Part shown: positions 34,301 to 43,443 of the stretch, piece after piece
Numbering within the stretch: the first letter of the stretch is position 1
Layout: every line of letters begins with the position of its first letter
Assembly (NCBI GenBank): GCA_018672145.1
Contig: JABHGH010000061.1
Location: 1 to 50,529 of the forward strand
Source: Flavobacteriaceae bacterium
GTDB taxonomy: Bacteria > Bacteroidota > Bacteroidia > Flavobacteriales > Flavobacteriaceae
Length of the DNA: 50,529 bases
Direction of reading: 5' to 3'
The notes under the pieces: generated by a model
Told to the model about the DNA's origin: nothing
Seen by the model: only the letters and a program-made list of their open reading frames with translations
Databases searched by the model: none
Made by a program: the position numbers and the translations under genes

Positions 34301-36120
34301 GTTATTTTTGGAAAATTTTTGGGTTTGCAAAGCCATTTAAAAAGTATATGGCGCTCAATGTGTTTTTCAATATTTTATATGCCTTCTTCAATGCCTTTTC
34401 ATTTTTGGTATTGATGCCCATGCTAGAAGTTCTTTTTGGTGAAAACAGAGTTGTTGAAACCAAACCGTCTTTCAATAGCGCAATGGATTTTAAGAGTTTT
34501 GTATCAGACCGGATGAATTATGAAGTCACGCGGTTTTCAAACGACGATCCCGAACGTGCATTGTTACTGGTTATAAGCCTAATCCTAGTCACCTTTTTTC
34601 TGAAAAACATCTTTAACTATGCAGCTTTGTTTTTTATCACTTTTCTTCGAAATGGCACTCTCAAAGATATTCGGATAGCTCTCTATAATAAGGTCACCAA
34701 TATGTCGATGTCACATTTTACAGAAAAAAGAAAAGGAGACCTTATGTCGCGCGTTTCCAATGACGTCACTGAAATACAATACAGTTTTTTGTCCATCATT
34801 GAACTGCTCATTCGTGAACCGCTCACCATCTTTTTTGCGTTGATTATGATGTTTAGCATCAGTGCAAAGCTCACTTTATTTGTTCTAATTTTTGTGCCAT
34901 TTGCTGGGATATTGATCTCTCGTATTGGCAAAACCCTTCAACCAAAATCGAATAAAGTTCAAATTGAAGTTGGTGAGGTGCTGGCGAAAATCGAAGAAAC
35001 TATTAGTGGTCTAAATATCATTAAGGCATTTCGAGCTGAAAGCAATTTTCAAGAAAAATTTAAACAAACCAATCAGCGCTTGTTTAAGCTCTCAAACAGC
35101 TTGATCAATCGAATGAATTTATCAAGCCCTCTAAGTGAGTTTATGGGTATTGGTGTTTTTGCTGTACTGCTATGGTATGGCGGAAGTTTAGTCCTTGTTG
35201 AAAAGCAAATGAACGCAGCTGCTTTCATCACTTTTCTAGGGCTCGCTTATGGCGTTTTGACACCTGCAAAAGGAATAAGTAAGGCACTGTATAACATCAA
35301 AAAAGGAAACGCAGCAGCAGCGAGAGTTTTAGAGGTTCTAGAGACGGAAAACCCTATTAAAAATCCTAAAAATCCACTTGATTTTGGGAAATTTAACAAG
35401 AACATTACGTTTAATGACGTTTCATTTTCTTATGAAAACGAAATAGTAATTGACACGTTAAATCTAACCATAAAAAAAGGAACATCGGTTGCTTTGGTTG
35501 GGCCATCAGGTGGAGGGAAATCAACCATAGCCAATCTCGTGCCTCGCTTTTACGACGTCACAAAAGGATGTATTCAAATTGATGGGAATGACATACGCGA
35601 CATTTCAAAAGATGACCTTAGAGAATTGATGGGGATTGTTACGCAAGATTCCATTTTATTCAACGATAGTATCCGAAACAATTTACGGATTGCAAAACCG
35701 GATGCTACAGATGAAGAAATGCGGAAAGCAACTCAAATTGCAAACGCATTATCTTTTATTGAAGCACTTCCCAACGGATTTGACACTGTTATTGGGGATC
35801 AAGGAAACAAGCTCTCTGGAGGGCAAAAACAACGTTTATCTATTTCTAGGGCTGTGTTAAAAGATCCGGCTGTGCTTATATTGGATGAAGCCACGTCTGC
35901 ACTCGACACGGAGTCCGAGCGACTCGTTCAAGATGCCTTGATTCAAATGATGAAAAACAGAACCTCGTTGGTGATTGCACACCGACTATCTACCATCCAA
36001 AATGCTGACCTTATCATTGTACTTCAAAACGGAAAGATTGTCGAAAAAGGAAAGCATGAAGAGTTAATTGCTAAAAAAGGTGTGTATAAAAAACTAATCG
36101 AACTTCAGTCCTTTCAATAA
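34297..36120 (+). CDS. ABC transporter permease/ATPase fusion (MsbA-like exporter)
   Basis: 6-TM N-domain. Walker A GPSGGGKST, signature LSGGQKQRLSISRA, Walker B LILDEATSALD. ATGA overlap with the mutase gene. Confidence 0.9.
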   Translation: MSYFWKIFGFAKPFKKYMALNVFFNILYAFFNAFSFLVLMPMLEVLFGENRVVETKPSFNSAMDFKSFVSDRMNYEVTRFSNDDPERALLLVISLILVTFFLKNIFNYAALFFITFLRNGTLKDIRIALYNKVTNMSMSHFTEKRKGDLMSRVSNDVTEIQYSFLSIIELLIREPLTIFFALIMMFSISAKLTLFVLIFVPFAGILISRIGKTLQPKSNKVQIEVGEVLAKIEETISGLNIIKAFRAESNFQEKFKQTNQRLFKLSNSLINRMNLSSPLSEFMGIGVFAVLLWYGGSLVLVEKQMNAAAFITFLGLAYGVLTPAKGISKALYNIKKGNAAAARVLEVLETENPIKNPKNPLDFGKFNKNITFNDVSFSYENEIVIDTLNLTIKKGTSVALVGPSGGGKSTIANLVPRFYDVTKGCIQIDGNDIRDISKDDLRELMGIVTQDSILFNDSIRNNLRIAKPDATDEEMRKATQIANALSFIEALPNGFDTVIGDQGNKLSGGQKQRLSISRAVLKDPAVLILDEATSALDTESERLVQDALIQMMKNRTSLVIAHRLSTIQNADLIIVLQNGKIVEKGKHEELIAKKGVYKKLIELQSFQ

Positions 36121-36128
36121 CTAAAAAA

Positions 36129-37361
36129 ATGAACACGAAAAGCAAGCCAGTACGGCTACACCGAAATCTAGCTGTTGCTGTGGTTTCTTGTTTGGACGCT
36201 GTCTTTAACCAGAACCTCCAAGCAGATAAAGTCATCGCAAAAAAACTGAAATCGGATAGTCGTTGGGGAAAAAGAGATCGCGGTTTTATCGCGGAAAACA
36301 CTTATGAAGTGATCCGATGGAAGCGTCTCTATGCGTCTTTGGCTGATAGTAAAGAGCCTTTCTCAAAGCAAGACCTTTGGCGACTTCTCAGTGCACGATG
36401 GGTATTACAAGGGATCAAACTTCCTTCTTGGGAAGAAGTTACAAACACACCTGTTCGTCGATTGAAAGGTAAATTTGATGCGCTGCAAGAAAAGCGTGCC
36501 ATTATATGTTCTATTCCTGATTGGCTCGACGAAGTTGGAGTGTCTAATTTTGGTGAAAAACAATGGCGCAAGGAACTTGATGCTTTGAATACACAAGCTA
36601 AAGTAGTGCTACGTGTCAACCGATTGAAATCTAACCCAAAGTATGTTCAAAATGAACTCGCAAACGACGGAATTCAAACAGAACTACATAAGGGCTATCC
36701 AGATGCGCTAATTCTAACCGAACGTGCAAATGTTTTTGACACAGAAGCCTTTCAAAGAGGTTTGTTTGAAGTCCAAGACGCATCATCGCAACTTGTTGGC
36801 TATTTCACACAGGTGTCCTCCGGCATGCAAGTCATTGATGCATGTGCTGGTGCTGGCGGAAAAAGTCTTCATTTAGCTGCGTTAATGGAGAACAAAGGGC
36901 AACTCATATCGTTGGATATCTATCCACATAAATTGACAGAATTAAAAAGAAGAGCACGCCGCGCAGGAGCTCACAACATCGCAACACGCAACATAGACTC
37001 AACCAAAGTAACCAAGAAACTACATGGTCGAGCAGACCGAGTTCTTATTGATGCTCCATGTACAGGCTTAGGGGTATTGCGTAGAAATCCAGATGCGAAG
37101 TGGAAGATCGATCCTGACTTTTTACAACGAGTAACCGAAACCCAGCAGCAACTTCTCACAAAATATTCTGCTATGGTTAAATCAGGCGGAAAGCTTATCT
37201 ATGTAACTTGTTCTGTACTTAAAGATGAAAACCAAAAACAGGTAGAGCATTTTTTAAAGTCCGAAGAAGGTGCTGCATTTCAATTGGAAGAAGAAAGCTT
37301 GATAAGTCCTTCGAAAAGTGGTTTTGACGGCTTCTATATGGCAAGGATGATACGTGCCTGA
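36129..37361 (+). CDS. RsmB/NOP-family class I SAM-dependent RNA m5C methyltransferase
   Basis: DACAGAGGKSLHLA (SAM motif I), DAPCTGLGVLRRNPD (motif IV with catalytic Cys), TCS motif VI. 410 aa. Confidence 0.8.
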   Translation: MNTKSKPVRLHRNLAVAVVSCLDAVFNQNLQADKVIAKKLKSDSRWGKRDRGFIAENTYEVIRWKRLYASLADSKEPFSKQDLWRLLSARWVLQGIKLPSWEEVTNTPVRRLKGKFDALQEKRAIICSIPDWLDEVGVSNFGEKQWRKELDALNTQAKVVLRVNRLKSNPKYVQNELANDGIQTELHKGYPDALILTERANVFDTEAFQRGLFEVQDASSQLVGYFTQVSSGMQVIDACAGAGGKSLHLAALMENKGQLISLDIYPHKLTELKRRARRAGAHNIATRNIDSTKVTKKLHGRADRVLIDAPCTGLGVLRRNPDAKWKIDPDFLQRVTETQQQLLTKYSAMVKSGGKLIYVTCSVLKDENQKQVEHFLKSEEGAAFQLEEESLISPSKSGFDGFYMARMIRA

Positions 37362-37433
37362 TTGTTGATAACTAAGTGGGAAATCCTTAACACTTTCCTT
37401 TGAAAACCCATCGCATTCCAGCATTCAATTATT

Positions 37434-37441
37434 TATTTTTG
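37434..37441 (+). promoter_or_regulatory. -7 box TATTTTTG for purL
   Basis: Exact match 18 nt before the ATG at 37460. Confidence 0.45.
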
Positions 37442-37459
37442 TAGACTTAATCAGAGTCT

Positions 37460-40400
37460 ATGATTTGTTTTTTTGGTAATCCTTCTAAACGCATTTTCGC
37501 CTTACAAACACAATTACCTCTTGATGCCAAAAATATAAAAAAACTTAGTTGGCTTTTTGGCGACCAACCCCATTTAGACACTCCCACAGTTGAAGGTGTT
37601 TTTGTAGGTCCCCGTGTAAGCATGGTCACTCCTTGGAGTACCAACGCCGTAGAAATTACCCAAAACATGGGAATAGAGGGAATTATTCGCATTGAACAGT
37701 TTCTGGTGTTCTCGACAAATGATGCAATAGATCCCATGGTCTCCGAACGTTTTGAAACATTGGAGCAAAAACTTTTTACTGTTGAAGTTACCCCTGAACC
37801 CATTCTTGAAGTTGAAGACATATCGGCTTATAATGAAACTCAGGGATTGTCTCTCAGCGGCAATGAGGTTGCATATTTGGAGAAATTATCCCAACAACTT
37901 GGAAGGCCATTGACCGACTCCGAAGTTTTTGGTTTTTCTCAAGTAAACTCAGAACACTGTCGTCACAAGATTTTTAATGGATCTTTCCATATTGATGACC
38001 GTGAACAAGAAAGTTCACTATTTTCTTTAATCAAAAAAACATCGAAGTTACAGTCCGAAAACTTAGTCTCTGCATACAAAGACAATGTAGCTTTCATCAA
38101 AGGGCCTGAAATCGAACAATTTGCTCCGGAAAACGCTGACAAACCAGGTGTCTACAGAAAAAAAACAATTCCTTCTATACTTTCTTTAAAGGCAGAAACA
38201 CACAATTTTCCCACAACGGTCGAACCATTTAGCGGAGCAGCTACAGGTTCTGGAGGCGAAATTCGAGACCGCATGGCAGGAGGCACTGGCTCGATTCCGC
38301 TTGCAGGAACGGCTGTTTACATGACCGCCTATCCTCGCACAACTGCAAATCGTCCCTGGGAAAAAAATCCGCCACGCGATTGGTTATACCAAACTCCTAT
38401 AGACATATTAATACGTGCCTCTAATGGCGCTAGTGACTTTGGTAACAAATTTGGGCAGCCACTTATCACAGGGTCTGTTCTGACCTTTGAGCACGAAGAA
38501 GAAAATAAAACCATTGGCTTTGACAAAGTCATCATGATGGCTGGCGGTGTTGGGTACGCACATGCAGATGATAGTGCCAAAAAGATGCCAAAAAAAGGCA
38601 ATCGAATTATTATTCTTGGTGGTGACAACTACCGAATTGGTATGGGCGGAGCAGCCGTTTCGTCTGCTGACACAGGTGCCTTTTCTTCTGGAATTGAACT
38701 GAATGCTGTGCAACGATCAAATCCAGAAATGCAAAAACGAGTCGCAAATGTGATTCGTGCACTAACAGAATCAGCCAACAATACCATCATCTCTATTCAC
38801 GATCATGGTGCCGGTGGACATTTAAATTGTCTTTCCGAGCTTGTCGAGGATACGGGTGGGCATATTCATTTAGATGCCCTCCCCGTTGGAGATAACACCC
38901 TATCTGCGAAAGAGATTATCGGGAATGAATCCCAAGAACGCATGGGACTGATAGTCAGTGAAGAAGATCTTCCTTTGCTGAAAAGAATTGCCGAAAGAGA
39001 ACGCGCTCCCATATTTGATGTTGGATTTATTTCTGACGACAACCATTTTGCTGTAGTTTCTGATAAAGACGGAACAAAACCGATTGATTTATCTCTTGAC
39101 GACTTTTTTGGAAAAACACCAAAAACAAAACTCGTAGATCAACGAACGCAAAGTTCATTCTCTCCTGTACCATTTTCGTTATCTGATGTGTATCGTGATC
39201 TCGAGCATCTTCTTCAATTAGAAAGTGTTGCATGTAAAGATTGGCTCACCAACAAAGTTGACCGTTGTGTTGGCGGTCGAGTTGCGCAACAACAAACCGT
39301 GGGGTCTCTTCAGCTTCCGTTGGCAAATTGTGGAGTTATGGCGTTAGATTACAAAGGGAAAGCAGGGATCGCAACATCTGTTGGACACGCACCCGCAAGT
39401 GCGTTAATCGATCCCGCAGCAGGAAGTCGACTGTCAATTGCTGAATCACTTACCAACCTCATTTGGGCACCTTTGGAAAATGGGCTAGACGATGTGAGTT
39501 TGTCTGCGAACTGGATGTGGCCATGCAATAATCCAGGAGAAAATGCGCGTTTATATGATGCCGTAGAAGCATGTGCTGACTTTGCTATTGCATTGGGAAT
39601 TAATATTCCAACAGGAAAAGATTCCCTTTCCATGAAACAAAAATACAGAGATAAGGAAGTCATAGCACCTGGGACAGTTATTATTTCAGCAACAGCATCT
39701 TGCAGTGACATACGATCTGTAGTGCGTCCTGTGGCACGCCCAAACCAAGGGAAACTCTATTACATTCCGATGAGCGATCTTAACTTTCATCTTGGAGGAT
39801 CTGCTTTTGCCCAACTTCAAATGAAAATTGGTGTAAAATGCCCAGATGTTAGCGATGCCAATCAGTTCAAAAATGTATTTAACAGCTTACAAAATGCTAT
39901 TAAAAAAGATAAAATTATCGCTGGTCATGATATTGGATCTGGTGGTTTAATTACAAGTTTATTAGAGATGTGCTTTGCAGAAAACCATGTCGGAATGAGT
40001 GTAGACCTGTCTGCATTTGACGATCAAATTTTATATGCTGAAAACCCTGGTGTTTTGGTTCAAACAACAGAAGATACAGAACAAGAACTTCGCAAAAAAG
40101 GTGTGCCAATATATAAAATAGGTGAAATCAACACTTCAGATGAGGTGCAAATTCAAGGAAAAGAAAAAGAGCTCATATTTCATATTCCTACCTATCGAAA
40201 ATTTTGGATGCGCACTTCATTTTTAATGGATCAAAAGCAAACAAATCCTTCCAATGCAGAAGAGAGGTTTTCTTCTTTCGATAGAACTCCTTTGCAATTT
40301 TCTTTCCCAAAATCCTTTACCGGATCGCTATCCACATACGATCCAGAAAACAAAGTAAAAGCAGCTATTATTCGTGAAAAAGGTAGTAATTCTGAACGCG

Positions 40401-41107
40401 AAATGGCGTATATGATGAACTTGGCTGGTTTTGAAGTGAAGGACATTCATATGACAGACCTCATGACTGGCAGAGAAGACCTGACAGATGTGCAACTCAT
40501 CGTTGCTGTCGGAGGTTTTTCAAACTCTGATGTGCTGGGATCTGCAAAGGGATGGGCAGGTACGTTTAAGTACAATGCCTTAGCTAAAAAAGCACTTGAA
40601 AACTTTTTTAAACGCAACGACACACTGTCTTTGGGAGTTTGCAATGGATGCCAGTTGTTTGTTGAATTGGGATTATTACACCCCACACACGACCAAAAAC
40701 CAAAAATGAAACACAACGCTTCTGGGAAGTTTGAATGTGTGTTCAGTACTGTTAATATTGAACCCAATGAAACCGTACTGTTTAAAGGACTCTCAGGATC
40801 TCGCTTGGGAATATGGTCTGCTCATGGAGAAGGACGATTTGATCTTCCAAAAGAAAAATCTGACTACAAAATCGTGGGAACATACAGCTATGACAGTTAT
40901 CCAGCTAACCCAAACGGCTCAGATTACGGAACAGCTATGATGAGTAGTGATGACGGAAGACATGTGGTAATGATGCCTCACTTGGAACGATCTACTTTCC
41001 CATGGAACTGGGCTCACTATCCTGAAAAACGTCAAAATGATGAGGTTTCCCCATGGGTGCAAGCATTTTTTGATGCCAAAAAGTGGTTTAAAACCAACAA
41101 AAATTAG
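37460..41107 (+). CDS. purL: phosphoribosylformylglycinamidine synthase (single-chain large PurL)
   Basis: 1215 aa with synthetase domains and a C-terminal glutaminase carrying the nucleophile GVCNGCQ. Confidence 0.95.
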   Translation: MICFFGNPSKRIFALQTQLPLDAKNIKKLSWLFGDQPHLDTPTVEGVFVGPRVSMVTPWSTNAVEITQNMGIEGIIRIEQFLVFSTNDAIDPMVSERFETLEQKLFTVEVTPEPILEVEDISAYNETQGLSLSGNEVAYLEKLSQQLGRPLTDSEVFGFSQVNSEHCRHKIFNGSFHIDDREQESSLFSLIKKTSKLQSENLVSAYKDNVAFIKGPEIEQFAPENADKPGVYRKKTIPSILSLKAETHNFPTTVEPFSGAATGSGGEIRDRMAGGTGSIPLAGTAVYMTAYPRTTANRPWEKNPPRDWLYQTPIDILIRASNGASDFGNKFGQPLITGSVLTFEHEEENKTIGFDKVIMMAGGVGYAHADDSAKKMPKKGNRIIILGGDNYRIGMGGAAVSSADTGAFSSGIELNAVQRSNPEMQKRVANVIRALTESANNTIISIHDHGAGGHLNCLSELVEDTGGHIHLDALPVGDNTLSAKEIIGNESQERMGLIVSEEDLPLLKRIAERERAPIFDVGFISDDNHFAVVSDKDGTKPIDLSLDDFFGKTPKTKLVDQRTQSSFSPVPFSLSDVYRDLEHLLQLESVACKDWLTNKVDRCVGGRVAQQQTVGSLQLPLANCGVMALDYKGKAGIATSVGHAPASALIDPAAGSRLSIAESLTNLIWAPLENGLDDVSLSANWMWPCNNPGENARLYDAVEACADFAIALGINIPTGKDSLSMKQKYRDKEVIAPGTVIISATASCSDIRSVVRPVARPNQGKLYYIPMSDLNFHLGGSAFAQLQMKIGVKCPDVSDANQFKNVFNSLQNAIKKDKIIAGHDIGSGGLITSLLEMCFAENHVGMSVDLSAFDDQILYAENPGVLVQTTEDTEQELRKKGVPIYKIGEINTSDEVQIQGKEKELIFHIPTYRKFWMRTSFLMDQKQTNPSNAEERFSSFDRTPLQFSFPKSFTGSLSTYDPENKVKAAIIREKGSNSEREMAYMMNLAGFEVKDIHMTDLMTGREDLTDVQLIVAVGGFSNSDVLGSAKGWAGTFKYNALAKKALENFFKRNDTLSLGVCNGCQLFVELGLLHPTHDQKPKMKHNASGKFECVFSTVNIEPNETVLFKGLSGSRLGIWSAHGEGRFDLPKEKSDYKIVGTYSYDSYPANPNGSDYGTAMMSSDDGRHVVMMPHLERSTFPWNWAHYPEKRQNDEVSPWVQAFFDAKKWFKTNKN

Positions 41108-41165
41108 CAAAAGATTTTATTTTTCATGAAATAAATGCATATTTGGGAAATATCAATTTAATAAA

Positions 41166-42932
41166 GTGAATTCAACTACACGACTTTTTGATATTCTTGA
41201 AAACCAGGTAAAAAACAAGCCATTAAAACGTTCGCTTAATACAAAATACAATGGTGTTTGGGAATCTACTTCATCCAAAGAGTTTTTAGAAAAGTCCAAT
41301 CAGATTAGTCGTGGCCTATTGCAACTAGGCGTAAAAAAAGGTGATAAAGTTGCCATAATATCTTCCAACAATCGAACCGAATGGTGTATTGTTGATATCG
41401 GTGTATTGCAAATTGGAGCCATTGATGTGCCCATTTACCCCACAATTACCGCAGAAGACTATTCATACATAATCAATCATTCAGAATCAAAATATTGTTT
41501 TGTATCTGATGTAGTGGTGTATGAAAAAATTAAAAGCATTCAGAACGAATGCCCTAACCTCAAAGAAATTTACTGTTTCGACACGATCAAAGGTTGCAAG
41601 CATTGGAGTGCTGTACTTGAACTTGGAAAGGACGCTGCGCATCAATCTAAAGTTTTGGCGATAAAAGAGTCTGTTAATCCGCAAGACTTAGCTACTATTA
41701 TATACACGTCTGGAACAACGGGTACGCCCAAAGGGGTCATGTTGAGTCACAATAACATTGTGTCGAATGTTATTGCAGCTCAAAAAAGATTACCCCTTGA
41801 TAAGGGTAAAGCTGTAGCCCTTAGCTTTTTGCCACTTTGCCATATTTATGAGCGTATGCTGATGTATCTCTACCAATTATCAGCTACTGAGGTTCATTTT
41901 GCAGAATCGCTTGAAACTATTGGGGAAAATCTTAATGAAGTCAATCCAGATGTAATGACGGCAGTCCCTCGTCTGCTAGAAAAATTATACGATAAAATTT
42001 ACGGTAAGGGCCAAACCCTTACAGGCATAAAAAAGAAATTATTTAATTGGGCTGTGAACGTCGGGCTAGACTACGAACCCTATGGGAAAAATGGCGTTGG
42101 CTATAGCATCAAACTTTTTATCGCTCGTGCACTCATTTTTAAAAAATGGAAATCCGCATTGGGTGGCAATTTAAAGCTAATAGCTTCTGGAAGTGCAGCG
42201 CTCCAACCTCGTCTTGCTCGCGTATTTACCGCTGCTGGATTGACAGTAGTCGAAGGATATGGTTTGACAGAAACCTCTCCTGTTATTTCAGTAAATGACA
42301 TGCGTGATGGTAAATTCCGCGTTGGTTCAGTTGGTCAAGTCGTCGAAAATGTAAAGGTTAAAATCGCTGATGACGGTGAGATATTATGTAAAGGTCCTAA
42401 TATTATGATGGGGTATTACAAAAATCAGAAACTAACTGATGAGGTGATTAAAGATGGATATTTCCACACTGGAGACATCGGGCATATTGATGACGATGGT
42501 TTCTTAAAAATTACAGACCGTAAAAAAGAAATGTTTAAAACTTCTGGAGGTAAATATGTGGCTCCACAGGTTATTGAAAATATCGTTAAGCAATCAACTC
42601 TCATTGATCAAGTGATGGTTGTAGGCGAAAGTCAAAAATACCCTGCTGCTCTTATCCAGCTTAACTTTGATGCTGTCAACGAATGGTTGGGGCAAACAGA
42701 CATCCCCCTCAACTACACAGAAATGCTGGCAAATGAAAAGGTGCTAAACAAAATCAAGAAAGATATCGATCAGGCAAATGAAAATTTTGCGCAATGGGAA
42801 AAAATCAAAAAATTCAAATTAACACCAGAAATCTGGAGTGTTGAGAGTGGTCACTTGACTCCGACAATGAAACTTAAAAGGAAAATAATAAAAAGTAAAT
42901 ACCAAGACTTACTAGAAGATATTTATAGCTAA
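41166..42932 (+). CDS. fadD: long-chain fatty acid--CoA ligase (AMP-dependent synthetase)
   Basis: GTG start. AMP-binding signature IIYTSGTTGTPKGV, GYGLTETS, TGDIG...GFLKITDRKK. 588 aa. Confidence 0.85.
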   Translation: MNSTTRLFDILENQVKNKPLKRSLNTKYNGVWESTSSKEFLEKSNQISRGLLQLGVKKGDKVAIISSNNRTEWCIVDIGVLQIGAIDVPIYPTITAEDYSYIINHSESKYCFVSDVVVYEKIKSIQNECPNLKEIYCFDTIKGCKHWSAVLELGKDAAHQSKVLAIKESVNPQDLATIIYTSGTTGTPKGVMLSHNNIVSNVIAAQKRLPLDKGKAVALSFLPLCHIYERMLMYLYQLSATEVHFAESLETIGENLNEVNPDVMTAVPRLLEKLYDKIYGKGQTLTGIKKKLFNWAVNVGLDYEPYGKNGVGYSIKLFIARALIFKKWKSALGGNLKLIASGSAALQPRLARVFTAAGLTVVEGYGLTETSPVISVNDMRDGKFRVGSVGQVVENVKVKIADDGEILCKGPNIMMGYYKNQKLTDEVIKDGYFHTGDIGHIDDDGFLKITDRKKEMFKTSGGKYVAPQVIENIVKQSTLIDQVMVVGESQKYPAALIQLNFDAVNEWLGQTDIPLNYTEMLANEKVLNKIKKDIDQANENFAQWEKIKKFKLTPEIWSVESGHLTPTMKLKRKIIKSKYQDLLEDIYS

Positions 42933-42977
42933 ACCCTTTTTTTCCTCATTTATTATGCGTGCATAGCAATTTTTTAG

Positions 42978-42985
42978 TACATTTG
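42978..42985 (+). promoter_or_regulatory. -7 box TACATTTG, 5 nt upstream of the marR ATG
   Basis: TACATTTG-aattt-ATG. The palindrome TATGCGTGCATA lies at 42954-42965, just upstream. Confidence 0.45.
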
Positions 42986-42990
42986 AATTT

Positions 42991-43443
42991 ATGCGAACAA
43001 AAACTATCGATCATGTCCTACGTGCAACGTGGCAGGCCGTTTCTAAAATGTACAATGAAGAAGCGTCAAAATATGGAGCTTCAATGGCAACAGGCTTAGC
43101 TTTATTAAGCATTGACACCGAGGAAGGAGTTCCCTCCACTTCACTAGGCCCTAGAATGGGCATGGAAGCAACAAGTTTGTCACGCACACTTAAAACAATG
43201 GAGAATCAAGGGTTGATAAGACGCGAGCCGAACCCAGAAGATGGACGAGGAGTACTTATAAGACTGACAAAAGATGGTTTAGAAAAAAGATCAATGTCCA
43301 AAGAAGTCGTTAAACAATTCAACAGGGCTATCACGCAAACGATAAGTCCTGAAGAACTAGAAGCTTTTTATAAAGTTGCAGAAGTCATTTTGACTAAACT
43401 TCATAATAAATCAATTTTCGTAACACCCCAAATACAATTGTAA
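42991..43443 (+). CDS. MarR family transcriptional regulator
   Basis: 150 aa with a winged-HTH pattern (SLSRTLKTMENQGLIRREPNPEDGRGVLIRLTKDG). Its stop overlaps the next ATG (TAATG). Confidence 0.85.
   Translation: MRTKTIDHVLRATWQAVSKMYNEEASKYGASMATGLALLSIDTEEGVPSTSLGPRMGMEATSLSRTLKTMENQGLIRREPNPEDGRGVLIRLTKDGLEKRSMSKEVVKQFNRAITQTISPEELEAFYKVAEVILTKLHNKSIFVTPQIQL

Noticed and set aside
37362-37459. Possible purine/ZTP/PRPP-type riboswitch upstream of purL, and a GGAAA/TTTCC hairpin at about 37378-37399.
   Set aside because: No conserved riboswitch core motifs are present. The -7 box at 37434 leaves only an ~18-nt leader. The hairpin is 5 bp with a weak T-tail, at best a poor terminator for the rsmB-like gene.
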